Shown: positions 24,241 through 37,455 of the stretch, one piece after another | Layout of the letters: each line of letters opens with the position of its first letter | Position numbering within the stretch: the stretch's first letter is position 1 | Assembly: GCA_032718475.1 (NCBI GenBank) | Contig: JAUCBJ010000998.1 | Span: 1 to 64,000, forward strand | From: Nemertoderma westbladi | Lineage: Eukaryota; Animalia; Xenacoelomorpha | Direction of reading: 5' to 3' | DNA: 64,000 nucleotides | Notes under the pieces: generated by a model | Told to the model about the DNA's origin: nothing | The model's database searches: none | Seen by the model: the letters and a program-made list of their open reading frames with translations, nothing else | Translations under genes and position numbers: made by a program

Positions 24241-25538
24241 TATTATTCAGAGTTTATGCGATTATTCGCAACATTCATGTCCCCAAGTTTATTCCTACAG
24301 TAATTGTGCTTATTATATATACCGCTATAGTTAAATTAACCCCGGTACTACACGGGCTGCTTGGCGTAGGTAAAGACTGGTGACTTTGTGCTCTGGTCAC
24401 TCCAGCAGATGCCGTGGTTCTTTTAACTGTTCAAGTATATTTAACTGCTAGTTATCTGTTTTATAAGTACTTGTACCTAATTTAGGGTTTAGTGTACAGT
24501 GCTTTCCGAAAGTAATTAGTGTGTAGGCAGTGTATTGTGTTGTAAAGTGGTTAATAGGCACGTTGGATCTGGTAGTCCGCGGTAATTAACTTCTAGGTAG
24601 GAACACTCCGTGATACATAACGTAGTATCTATAGCGATACGGCTATAGGTCGTCAGGCGGTGGTATTTTCCTATCTGGACAACGCAGTGTATTTACTACT
24701 ACTTATTATTCTCAAATACCGTAGTATCCTGTCTGTTGTAATAACCAGAAGTTCTAACCCTTTGTTAGACTGGTTTGTAGTTTCCCTGTAAAATTACCCT
24801 AAAATTTCGTACGTAATATTTTTGTTGTGTTTTAGTTAGAGAATTAATCTCACCCGTATCGTAAGTAATTTGTAGTATTAAGTAACTTAGGTAAATTAGA
24901 ATTATTTGTTTTAGTGTCCAACGAGTAGCACTTCACTGAGAGCTCACCGCTTCTGTGTAGTGACTCCCCCAGAAATAATAACATTTATTTCAAATATTGA
25001 CAAAACCCATTTTAAACGGGTATATACATATTATAAATCAACTCAAACGATTTATAAATAGTAGGTCTGCCATACAACAACTAGGTCTCAATATCAGTCG
25101 GACTACTGCTTAAATAACGGTAATAAAGTAAGTAAAGTAACTAAGTAACCTTTAAAATTCAGAAATTTAATTATTTAAATAATTGATATACCGGTATTTA
25201 CGATAGGCCTATTATCTTTATTTCTATAAATTTAGGCTGAAATTATACCGGTATTCTGTAATTAATTATAGTACAGAATCATACTTATATACTATAAGTG
25301 TAAGCTGTATACCGGTATTCACGATAGGCCTATTATATATTTATATATATTTGTGTTAAAATTATATACTGGTACTCTGTGACAAACCTAGTTTACAATA
25401 CTTATATATACTATAAGTGTATACCGGTATTCTAATATACTGTAATAAATTACCAGTACTAGGCCAACGGTCATACTGAATTACTAGACTTGCTTTGACT
25501 GTAACTATAGCAGTAAGCATTCAACTGTATAGCTAAAT

Positions 25539-28500
25539 ATGTCTGACACCCAGCAAAACCTGTCAGACAGTCTAATCGATACAACCATCTGTGACACAAA
25601 TAGGAGTGTGGAGCGATTAAGAAAGGGGTTTAGCTCACCTCTTACTGAAAGAAAGGTCATCCCTCCAGTAGTAGTATCAGACCCTAGGCTAATCCAACAC
25701 CGTAGGTCTATCATCGGCACTCGGGCCCAAGTCAAACGGAACCAGGAAGCAGCTGTCCCACAGCAGCAACATCCTAGTCAAGAAACTTGTTCCCAGCGAC
25801 CCGATAGCTCCAGTAGTTTGGATACTGTAGAGCTGACCCCCGAACGCGGAGTACAGATGGTGGCTACGGCCTACTCGGATCCCCTTCTCACCCTTCCTGC
25901 CGCAGTATTAACAACTATATTCATTTCGGTGGAGGAAAACCAAGTCGATCGGGCGAGAAGTAAGCGAGCGACCCAAGATAGTTATGCGGGATACGCCAGG
26001 GAAGAATTGATGTCTATTGTCGAGTCACAATGGAACTTTCCCGGACCCGGACTCCCGTTAGATTTGTCCGAAGCTTCTTGGGAAGACATACACAGGATGG
26101 GAGTGACTAAAGATACGATGGATCCAGCTGTTTGGAAGAGGTCAGCAGCAGGATATGTGCAGGGATTCTTCGGCTCCTTAGAGCGATTAGAAGAACAACT
26201 GTTTCGACAACCCCAAGGACCTCAAGAGCAGGAAGAGCTGCTTTATCAAGTACACGAAAGAACCCTACGCATTAGACTAATCCTATCAGCCTTTGAGGAA
26301 ACTTCTAAAAGAAGACAGGACATGTCGCTGCAAGTTGCTGTCAAGACTTGGTTCCAGCGGGTAGGTCTCAAAGTTCAGGAAACGGCCCAGTGGAAATCCC
26401 AGCTGGCTGAGAGACCAACCTATGAAGAACCAACCGATGCCACCCTTTCTCAAGCGGAAAGCGAAGTGACAGCAGAGAGACCGCGAACTAGAGACGCTAT
26501 CGACATTTATCTGTCCGACTATCAGCGATTCCTAGGAGACGAAGAGTTGAGGAGACGGCTGTCTGGACTTTCCCCTAATAGTGAAGGAACCAAGCTTGTG
26601 TTGGACTCAATCGATGCGGAAATGTTAGCTGCAAACCGAGCTGAATTTGATGAAAAACTCCGCCTCGCTAGAGTCCAAGAAGAACAAGTAAAGAAAAAAC
26701 GGATAGAGGACCGAAAGGCAGCAGCAGTAGCAGCGGCGATGGCAGAAGCAGAAGTGGCAAAAGCGGCAGCAGCAGGGGAAGCAGCAAAGGCGGCAGCAGC
26801 AGTAGCAGCGGCGATGGCAGAAGCAGAAGCGGCAAAAGCGGCAGCAGCAGGGGAAGCAGCAAAGGCGGCAGCGGCAGTGGAAGCAGCAAAGGCGGCAGCG
26901 GCAGTGGAAGCAGCAAAGGCGGCAGCGGCAAAGGCAGTGGCAGAAGCAGAACGGAGAGCATCTGAGGAGACTACCCAACTGGAGTTGGAAAATCTGCAAG
27001 AGACGCAAGACAACATAAATAAACAGTTAACTGCTAGTCAAATGCAGATGATGAGTCGATCTACTCCCAAGCGCCAAGGATACACATCATCGGAGGAAAG
27101 CGAAACCACCGATCCTGAAGGCGGAGGAAATAGATCTCGTCTAAGCAGGCGTAGAAAAACATCTCACCGTCACAAATTGCCTGATTTGCCCCCAGCGGTT
27201 AGAAGACAACTAGCTAGCACAGACTTAAGTAGTATAGAACCTACAGACCAAATTATTAAGGTCAAAAGACTCCCTACTATAGTTGATTAGCCTGAAATAA
27301 TTAGGCCTGTTGTTCCCAAAACCACTCCTGCGCTAGAGACCCCTGTACTTCCAGAGCTTAACTCTAAATTCCCTTTACACAGTACTACACTGCCTGTACC
27401 CGGTAGAACAGTCCATGAGAATATCCCTGTCCTGGAAGCTGAGAGAGAAATCAAAGATTTGTCTCCCGTCGTCCCGCGTCGGCCCGCTACAATGTTGGCG
27501 ACTCCCGCTTCGGCGGTCGAGTGGGTAGAGGAGGGACGGTGGGGGATGAATCTCCTGCTCGGACAGATGCAGGAGACTGTCCACCAACTTAAGGGAACAG
27601 TAAGGGAAAGTAGGGCAGAATTGCAAGAAGTGCAGCAAAGTATCGCGCTGGAACGCGACAAATTGGTCAATATACAAAAGGGTATACCAATACCCCCAGT
27701 AACATTGTGTCAACCTGTTAGGTCTGAAGTATTACATGCGCAAGGTGTGGAGCCTACACGCATTTATACTGCTAGTGAAGTAGAAACTCCTATAGCAAAC
27801 CCTATTAAGGGTGATTATAAACCTGTTGGTAATGATATTCCCTATATACCTGATAATAATCCTAGAAATTTATATACCGATAATTCGATATTAAATAATA
27901 CGATGGCCCAAGAAAGCTTTACGCGTCAGATGGCTAGAACAGAAGCCAAGCGGTCAAAGTGGGAGAAATCGTCAAATTCAATGGTGATGAGATGAAATGG
28001 TTACCTTTCAATGAATATTACAATGATAGCATACAGAACTCTGTACTATCTAACGGAGAGAAACTTAGATTCCTCATCAAGTGCTTGGAAGGACCTCCCA
28101 AGTTAATGGCGTTAAAGTTTATTGGACATCCAGATGGATTAAGACAAGTTTGGGATACATTAAACATCAGGTATGGTAACAAGGATAACATAGCTAAGTA
28201 TTTGTATGCAAAATTAGTAGCCCCCCGAAAGTTCCTTAGTGGCGGGATTATAGAGTTTTCCGATGAGATTCAGGAGATCTGTAGACAATTGGACTGGTTA
28301 GGTAAGTCTCATGAATACCAGAGTTCAATGGTTATTGGAGCCATAGTCTCTACTTTACCAAAGGGTGGAGTATGTACACGCTGGGACAAGAAAGTGTTGT
28401 ATATGAATGAGCAGCAACAACGAAGCCCTACCATGGCGGATCTCATGTCCTTCTTAGATGGTGAAGTAAAACTACAACTCATAAAGCAAACCAGAGAGAA

Positions 28501-28804
28501 AACATCGGAAAATAAGGTAAGTGAGAAACCCGTTTCTAGGAGAAGAGTAACACCAGTATGTTACACTGACGACGGCGAAAGCCTAGCTTCTCAAGAAGAA
28601 GACAGCGGGAAAGACACTGATAGATTTTACTACGTTAACAAAAACACAAAGGACGTAAGTAAATACAAGGCTCGAACCAACGATAGGAGAGAACAGGTTG
28701 CCAAGACTCCTCCTCAGTCTCCTAACAGAATGCACGGAAGAAAGCCCGAAGAAAGAACGAGAGTGCATAACGTTATGCAGTTATGTTATGTTACGTTATG
28801 TTAA
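25539..28804 (+). pseudogene. BEL gag (Ala-rich repeat, DUF1759-like capsid); in-frame stop at 27288, frameshift near 27960, zinc knuckles and protease deleted
   Basis: ORFs 25539-27290, 27459-27995, 27959-28804; FNGD...WLPF...EKLRFL...LEG...LNIRYG capsid signature. Confidence 0.85.
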
Positions 28805-31163
28805 ACCTATGCAGTAAGAACTAGAGTAGGTTGGTACTTTACTGGCCCTTCCCGCAGAACTCTCGAAGAGAGAATGCCACAAGAGCGAATATACCAAGTA
28901 AACAATTGGGAAGTGGAGAGCAGTGAGGTGGACGAACTACCTGAGGGAACACCATACTCCTCAGATAATGACGACATCTACCAACTCTTCGATGAAGAGA
29001 ACACAATCGATCTACTTACAGAAAACCAAACTTGGAAAAACCAGGTGAGCCTATGTCAACTGATTCGCCCCTCGGGACCCATTGACTACAATGATGAACT
29101 AAATGATGAGATAGAGCGCTACAACGCTAGAACTCAGGACGAACTCGCCGTACGATTCTTTACTCAAGAATTGGTAGAGCCCAATTCATACGACAAGGCC
29201 CTATCTATAGAAGAAGAAAGAGCCAAGCAAATCCAGGAAACAACTACACGTTTTTTAAAAGATCAAGGTAGATATGAAATCGGCCTACCATTTCGAAAAC
29301 GAGAACCTAGATTTATAAATAACAGACCTTTGGCCGAGAAAAGAATCAATCAATTACATCGACGCCTTACGGCAAATGCTTCAGCTAAAGAAATGTACCA
29401 AACTCAGCTGAAGAAATTTATTACCAAGGGATACGCGGAGCGAGTACCGGAAGGAACACCAATAACTGAGAGAACGTATTACTTAACACATCATTACGTT
29501 CCCAAACCCGGTAAACCACATGAAGTACGAGTCGTATTCGATGGCTCCGCTTTATATATGGGACAGTCCCTCAATTCCGAGTTATTACCAGGACCCAACT
29601 TACTCCAATCCTTGTTGGGAATACTTTTAAGATTAAGACAATATTCCATCGCGTTCGCCTCCGATATAGGAGGAATGTTCTTACAAGTCAAGGCGTTAGA
29701 TAGAGAGTGAGACAGCCTAAGATTTCTGTGGTGGCCTGAGGGAGATCTCAACCAGAAACCGGTAGAGTACTGGATGACCATCCAGGCTTTTGGGATCATA
29801 TCATATACCACTGCGAATGACAACCGGGACGCCTTCTCAAAAGAGGTGATAGACAACATCAAGTGTAATATATACATGGACGACAATTTAAAGTCCCTTC
29901 CATCAGTAGAAGAAGCCATTGATGTCGCGAAAGGAACGGTAGAGTGTTTGAAAAGAGGTGGATTTCGACTGACGAAATTCACCAGCAACTCCCATGAGTT
30001 TCTGGAAGCGATACCGGTAGAAGACCGAGGAGCGAAAGACCTAGACTTAATAAAGGACGATCTTCCAGAAACCAAGACGCTTGGCTTGAAGTGGGACACA
30101 GAAAGAGATATCCTGTTTTTTCAGCTAAAACAGCGAGATAATCCAGTTCGGACCAAACGGATTTGTTTAAGTATCCTGAGCACTTATTTCGACCCATTGG
30201 GATTTATTAGCCCAGTTATATTGATTGCTCGAAGTTTAGTACAACAAATGTGGCTTGAAAACCGCTCATGGGACGATCCACTTAAGGGAGAACTGTTAAA
30301 TAAGTGGATGAAATGGGAAGATTCTCTACCTGCCATCGAGAGCTTTGTAATTCCCCGTGCATATTTTGGTCATGTTCTCCCTACGTATTCCTATCAACTC
30401 CATGTGTTTGGAGACGCCAGCGACATGGGAATAGGTATAGTAGCATATCTGCGAGTCGAAACTCTGGATGGAATCAAAGTCGCCTTGGTTACCTCTAAGG
30501 CATTGATTAACAACAAGTTAAAGGTTCCTCGAGCGGAGTTAAAAGCGGCTTTATACGCTACAGCCATCGGCCGGAACGTAACAGAACAAATCGACTATCC
30601 ACTGGAGAAAACGGTTTATTGGACCGACGCTTTACTCGTGTTGGAGTATATAACCAATGAAGTCTGTCAGTTCAGCGTCTTTGTTACTAACAGAGTAGCT
30701 ATTATTCTTAGTCGCACAAAGATAGATCAATGGAGACATTGCCCTGGTACGATTAATCCAGCCGATATCGCCTCCAGGGGAGCAACTCCACAGGAACTGA
30801 TAGATACTCCAGACTGGTTGGGTGGACCCGACTTCCAGAGCAAGGAAGAGGATGAATGGCCTCATCACCTTACTACGGCGGAGATTAGACAAGCCAAGGG
30901 AGCGGAGAAAGTCAAACCTAAAACCCGGGCGAGTAAATCGAAGTTATTTAAACCGACGATCGATCTATCTGTATTACATACTTCCGGAAACGATGCTTCG
31001 GATCCACAATCCCTCGCCACAAATAAATCTGTTGTGGAAATTAGAGATAGAGATTGGAAATCTGGAATACCAGACGTCTCGCAAGGAATCTCACCCCTGC
31101 TGCAGAGAGCAATGCATCACTACAGTTCCTGGAACCGGCTCTGTAAAGCCGTCGCATATTTAA

Positions 31164-32560
31164 CCCTTTGCACACGGCTTGATAAACCTGCATTGATCTC
31201 AAATCCGGCAGATTTTATAAAAATGAGCTATAATTTTTTTTATAAATTTTTTTCATTATTTTATAAAAAAAAATTTTTTAATTTTAATTTTTTTTTTTTT
31301 TTTCATTTTCAAAATTTATTTTTTATTTTAATTTTATAAAAATCAATGATATGTCATATTTGTATATTTAACAGATGGTTTTTATCACTATTCAAACGTA
31401 TAAACAATACGATGTATAGACCATTATACAGAATAGTCCATTTTATTATAAAACAATCCTAAAGGTACTTATGGTAATTCTCGAAACAAGCACCCATATG
31501 TAATGTAGGTTTGTCAGGACAACTGCCACACTGATAACGTGATTCCGAAACCCTAGTGCGAGTGCCACTTGGAACTTGACTTCGGCACCACTTGCAAGGT
31601 CGACTTGGCCGTGGTCGAGTAGAAGTGGGTGGAATTTTTTCCAAGGAATGCTGTTGAGATATTCGATATGTTGGGTTTCTAGGTTGGCTGAGTTTCAGAA
31701 GCAATTCTACAAGAAGAAGTTGATAGTCATTGAAGTTTTTATGAACCAGTTTTGGTGGTAAATATATTTTCGCTAGAATATATCCATTTACAACTCCCAG
31801 ACGCTGCATTAGGTGTACTCCTAACTTCTTTGGCCATACAAACGATTTACGGTGACACTTCACGGGAGCCAACATCTGGTAAATTCTGTCAGTTCCGTTC
31901 ATAGTTGTCTAATATAGACATTGCTTCCGCATTGCATATACTGTAGGTTTATCAAATAAAATAAAATGTACCCTATATTCCTAAATAAATAACAAATTAT
32001 AGACAAGCTGACAAGTAAGTTTCAGAGAAATTAAGTACAAAATAATATTTCAAAATAAATCCATCCATTCATAAAATAAAACGTACAAACAGATCAGAAA
32101 CTGGCTGGTTTCAACTGTGAACTAATCAATATAAATATCACTAATAATACAGTAACAAACAAAATAATAATAATACGAAGTATCTGAGAACATCCATTAT
32201 CAAAAACCAATAAAAATCAGACACGGGAAAGTGCAACTATGGTGTGTAAATACAATAGCTTGCTGCCATGAAATATCTTCTCGTAATACACAATATGTGA
32301 ATGTAATGAATGGGCTTACTATAATAATACTAATATATATTACTACTAGTAATTACATTAATACCACGAACAAAATGACCAATGAGAGATCGCCTAGGTA
32401 AGTTATTATTGTCTAAAGAGAGTTTCGGCTATAATATACTGCAATGAATTCAGATCCGGTTGCTGCTCCCCTCTAGAACGTTTCAATAAACCTGCAACGG
32501 GCACCGCCCGTTTGCCGGAGGTCCAGTGACGGGCACCGCCCGTCTGCCGTGTGCAAAGGG
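31164..32560 (-). mobile_element. Internally deleted piggyBac transposon
   Basis: TTAA TSD (31160-31163 and 32561-32564); TIR CCCTTTGCACACGGC / GCCGTGTGCAAAGGG; excision restores the BEL reading AVAYLKRCF. Confidence 0.95.
31459..31902 (-). pseudogene. piggyBac transposase C-terminal fragment with cysteine-rich domain
   Basis: MNGTD...W.KKL, CKWC...YQCGSC...LH..CFENYH. Confidence 0.88.
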
Positions 32561-34684
32561 TTAAAGCGATGTTTTCATCATCACTACTCCAGGACGAAGA
32601 CCATTAGTGATACCGCTCCATTGACATCTGCGCAAGTTCATGTTATTAGAGATATACCCAAATATAAGACATCCGACCGGTTTCTAAAGGAGAAACTCAG
32701 CTACCAAGAGCATGAAGAAACCAATAAGCAGATACTGAGACTCCTGCAATGCTATGAGGATTCCGATAAGTATTTCCTGTTGTTGAGAAATCCGCAGATG
32801 CGCTTAAGGGATCGCTTCTCTAGCACAATGATAGATGGGTTAATACGTGTTGGAGGAAGGCTTACCAATGCGCCATTATCCTATGACACTAAATTCCCCA
32901 TACTCATTAGAAATCTTGAAGTACAAATCAAGATGATTGTAGATGTTCACAGTAAACTTTATCATGCTGGTAGAGAAGGAGTTCTTAGCGAAATTCGAAC
33001 TCGCTATTATTTTTATAAACCCCGTAGAGCTCTAAACCAAGTTCTTAGGAACTGCATACCCTGTAGGAAAGCATTCAGTAGGCCTTTAACACAGCGAGAG
33101 GCAGAATTACCTAGGGAACGAGTAAGCTTCTATGAACCACCTTTTACCAATACTGGTGTAGATTTATTTGGCCCTATTGAAGTATATCGTGCTAGGACTA
33201 TAGTCAAGAGATGGTGTGTCATCTTCGTGTGCATGACTTGTAGAGCCATCCATCTAGATATGGTGAACGATCTATCTACCAACAGCTTTGTCTTAAGTTT
33301 ACGCCGTCAGATCGCTCGCTTCGGGACTAGTAATACCATGAGATCGGATAAGGGAACGAACTTCATTGGTGCCAACAACGAGATTCAGGCTTACGTGAAG
33401 GACTGGAACCAAAGACAGGTGGACGATCAGCTAAGGATAACAGTGTCTTGCTGGACCTTCAACGCCGCCGACGCCCCTTGGTGGGGAGGAAGTTGGGAGA
33501 GATTAATTAGAAGTGTCAAGACCGCATTTCACTTTATAGTGCCATGCCGCGCGTATCTCACCGACGAACTTTTGCGGACGTTAATGGAGGAAATAGCTGC
33601 CTATCTCAACGAGAGACCGCTTATGCCAGTCTCATCGAGTCCCGATTCCCTGGAAGCGCTAACACCCGCGCACTTCCTACTGAAGAAACCTGTAGCCATG
33701 CTCCCACGATCGGAGATTGCCGACGGAGACGAATACTGCCGTCGAACTTGGCAACTTATGCAGTTGCTATCCCGTCGTTTCGCTGACCATTTCGAGAAAC
33801 ATTATCTGCCCACGCTACAACTTTGAACTAAGTGGTTTGCGCAGCAAGAAAACGTCAGCGCCGGAGATATGGTGCTTATTGTAGATTCAGACCTTCCACG
33901 AAAACGGTGGCAGACAGGTCGTATCATCGAGACTCATATCTCGGATGATGGTTTAGTACGCTCGGTAGAACTCGTCGTCATGCGGCGTAACTTCAAGAAG
34001 CCAGGCATAATCTGTGAGACGCAACAACTCAATCGCCCAGTTGGTCGTTTATGTTTACTGGAAAGAGACCGAGAACTCTCCGGAAACTATGGAAGGCAAG
34101 ACACTCTTCCCACGACCACCTCCCTAATTCCTCAAACATCTAGGGACTCCCCAACGTGATACGTCTGGAGTGGGTGCATGACTATATTATTTTATCTATT
34201 TTATTATATTTTATATGCGAACATTATTATGTACTTTATTATAATCGTTTTTATTTAATTTTATTTAGTAGAATGTTATTTTAGATTATTTAGTAGATTA
34301 GTGCAATATATTAGTGTTTATTACGTAATTACATATATATAATATATATTTAGTGTGACGGCGAGAAATAATTCTTTTTCTCTTTCCTTACTGTCCGTAT
34401 TATATTATAAATGCGAGACTACAGTAAGATGACATGTCCGTACTTATTAAAGTACAATAAAGCTCCTACTATATTCAAGTATTATTGGTAGGCAGAGTAT
34501 TAGGAATGCAAAGTTCAGATCCTCGTGTCTCGGCTAAACCAAGCTCTGGGTAGACCTTGGAAACGACTTGCCTTTTCACACTGACATTGCTTCGTGCGAT
34601 ATTGCTCTTCTACCTTATATTAAATAATACATATAGTAGCGTGATGTCCCTCTAACAGTAGCGTAAAACGCAAATAAATCTGTT

Positions 34685-34990
34685 AAACCTTTTGACCATC
34701 TGTAATTCTAGTCGATTAAGATATCGCGGCACCCACCGATATACTTGAAAGACAAATTCTAGAATCAGTGGTTAACGTCCCCAGACAAGTTCTGGAATAA
34801 ATCGGTGCCCATCTTAAATATTAATTTAATATTTATTAAAATCTGTAAAATTCAGATCCTTTAAAATTTCTAGTCAATTAAGATATCGTAGCACTTACCG
34901 ATACTCTTAAAAGACAATTTTATAGAATTAAGGATCCTATGTCCCCAGACATGCTCTGGAATAAAATTGTGTCAATTTTACCATCAAATA
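34685..34990. repeat. Two diverged direct repeats of about 140 bp in the BEL pol-to-extra-ORF spacer
   Basis: TCTAGTC(G/A)ATTAAGATATCG...GTCCCCAGAC...CTGGAATAAA at about 34707 and 34869. Confidence 0.75.
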
Positions 34991-35586
34991 ATAAAATTCA
35001 CAGGAATAAATTTAAATTCATATCTTAAATGAATTTCATAAATTGTCATTTTGTGCAATTTATAACATTCCCAAAATTCCATTAATTAATAGATCATGGG
35101 AGCGGAGATTCATATTATTTAGTGTATTAGAGTGTGAGAATCTCCAACATATAGTCAATAGCCGATAAAATTAATAAAATCATGCATAAAGAGGATATTG
35201 ACAGTTAAAGAATTACTATTAAATAGCATCCCAGATCTGTATGCATGAGAATTACCCTAATTCTACCGCTAGCTTTCCATAATGTCACCATAGCAACACC
35301 CACGCTAGAATTAGAAGCAAGTTAAAAGAACAATAGAGAGCTTGTCTCATTGCCTAGCATAGAGAATACATAGCACACTGTTAGTATCCAAGGATACACA
35401 ATAATAACGTGACATTCTGGAAGGCACTGACTAACGGACAAATGGCCTGTATGTGTACAATTGGTGACAGTTGTGTGGAGTTTGTGCGTTTATAGGTGAA
35501 TGTTACTGCTAAAGTATGTTTACAGTAGCTAGTCGCAATTGTGAAAGTAACCTAACTCTCCTATAGAAAGAACCTAAAGTGGATTC

Positions 35587-35742
35587 AAGCCTTTGGGATG
35601 GACAGTGGAGTGACTTGTGCCGGTTATCGTTGTCGTGCTGTTGCTACATGTTGGCGTAAACACCGCGACGACGACACATCGGCGCTGAGAATCCCACTGT
35701 CCGGGGGCAAAGAAAGGTAGGCAGCGACGCCCGCTCGCCTAA
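35587..35742 (+). promoter_or_regulatory. Structured RNA-like leader element, copy upstream of the BEL extra ORF
   Basis: Homologous to Gypsy 13992-14148(-); ends 41 nt before ATG 35784. Confidence 0.7.
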
Positions 35743-35783
35743 ACATAAACTCATTATAATATTAATAAACTCAGATAGCAGAT

Positions 35784-37377
35784 ATGACGGAGTTGATAGA
35801 AGATGATCTTGGTATCAGGGAGCGATATACTCTACCTTTACAAGCATTTGTGGATAGCTTGATACGCGGTGAAGCCGAGCCAACCATTACGGAGGACGAT
35901 GGTCGTTATATCGAACCGCCGATGTCCCGAGAGCAACTTACGCGTGAATTGGACTATCGAAAATTCACCGCTCGCTATACGAATCGTAATGGTACGTATA
36001 TGGACTTCTTAACTACCGGCCATCCTATCGATTTATATGATACGGACGATGTAGACACCGAAAGGGAAATGGTTCTATTTAAATATCATACCCAGCGGAG
36101 TCGTAACGATAAACCGAGAATAGAACACGAAAATTCTATTCGTAACAGACTGGAAAGAGAAAACGTTGAAGAACCGGATAAACGCATCGACTTCAACGAC
36201 TACCTGGAATTTTTGAGAGAAACTTATCTCAACATCGCCAGTCAGCAGAACCTAGAGACTCGATATCCTCAAGGTATACATCATGACCCTATGGTAGAAC
36301 TCAAACGGCTCTATTTCACTATGATGTATCTTACCGCCGATCGTCCACTACCTGTTATCCCGGATAGTTTTGAACAAATGGAAGAATATTGCAAAACTGG
36401 AGAACGATCACCCGCGTTTCCTCTACAGGACGTACGTCTTTGGTATTATTGTGACGAATGCCCTAGACCCAACCAACAAACTGAAAGACACAAACGTCCG
36501 CGGTTCCTATTTCCACGAACAACCGGCGATGGAAATTTATTGCGCATATTGCAGACTCAATAACTTGCATATTTTTGCGGTTTGCCCTCAATTTATGACT
36601 CAATGTCACCATTGTCAACTAAAGGGACACGCCAGTTTCGATTGCCCTTTTAATCACGATTTGGAAAGCGTAGATGAAATGATCACACTACGTTACATCA
36701 GAGCTTGGGAAGCGAACGCTGATTTACATTGTGATTCGCGCCATCGCTATTATCCTGGACGCGCTTACGAAGGAGTTTATGCGTTCCATCCTTATCTATT
36801 CGCTTCTGTCGAACAGAAATCACGCATATCGAGTTACGAACTACTGAAGCGCGTCGGAGAATGTATTTCAACCAAGTTTGTACGCAAATTTCTCAGGAGT
36901 ATTAATCCTAGCGACATTCACTCCTATAACTTAATCAATTTTATCCGTCAGGATCCGGACTATGGAGACTTATTTGTTAACTCACACCCCGAGTTACAGG
37001 AAGTATATCGAAGGCCTTACGAATACCGAGCCCGCGAACGCGAGTTGGAAAGAACCATTAAACCCAGGAAGTTTCTGACTGCCTATGGTCCACCCACGGC
37101 TCTCGTTCAGACCACTCGTAAAGGACCCGTAAGAGCGGCCGTCCTAAAACGCGCTCTAAAGGCCGTTAGACCCCTCTCCCCCGACGTTGATGTCAATCAA
37201 CCCGGCACTTCGACCGGCGGATACACCGACCATAATCCTACACCCTCTGATGCAATCATATTGCACCCTTCACCCAGGAGTTATAGCCCTCCTTGTAAAG
37301 TGGCTCGCCCCAAAGAGAAAAAGACTCTGGCTAGCTTTAAAAAACTGCGTAAACGCCGTCCGCGCAAGAAAGACTAA
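35784..37377 (+). CDS. BEL extra 3' ORF(s) of unknown function with zinc knuckles; two overlapping frames (35784-36563 and 36370-37377)
   Basis: Long ORFs between pol and the 3' LTR; CAYC-x5-H-x4-C and CHHCQLKGHASFDC; basic C-terminus KKLRKRRPRKK. Confidence 0.7.
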
Positions 37378-37455
37378 CTGTTTAGAGTATTTACGTATAT
37401 TAGAAACTGTGATTTTGTATATTTTATAGACTTAAATCCCATTTTCTGGGAGCGG

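Larger units (their letters stand above)
28810..34159 (+). pseudogene. BEL pol (RT, RNase H, integrase, C-terminal DUF5641-like), interrupted by piggyBac
   Basis: RVVFDGS, LLPGPNL, SDIGGMFLQV, YMDD, FDPLG, HVFGDAS, NPADIASRG, GVDLFGP, SDKGTNF, GGSWER, NERPL, LTPAHFL; TGA stops at 29708 and 33824. Confidence 0.95.

Noticed and set aside
26522-27016. Minus-strand poly-Ala, Cys-rich and Leu-Pro ORFs
   Set aside because: Antisense of the Ala-rich gag repeat
35587-35742. HDV-like ribozyme reading of the shared RNA element
   Set aside because: A P1-like stem followed by GG and a terminal CUAA are suggestive, but I could not build P2, P3 or L3 in either copy
35784-37377. env gene
   Set aside because: No signal peptide, fusion-peptide pattern or transmembrane anchor visible
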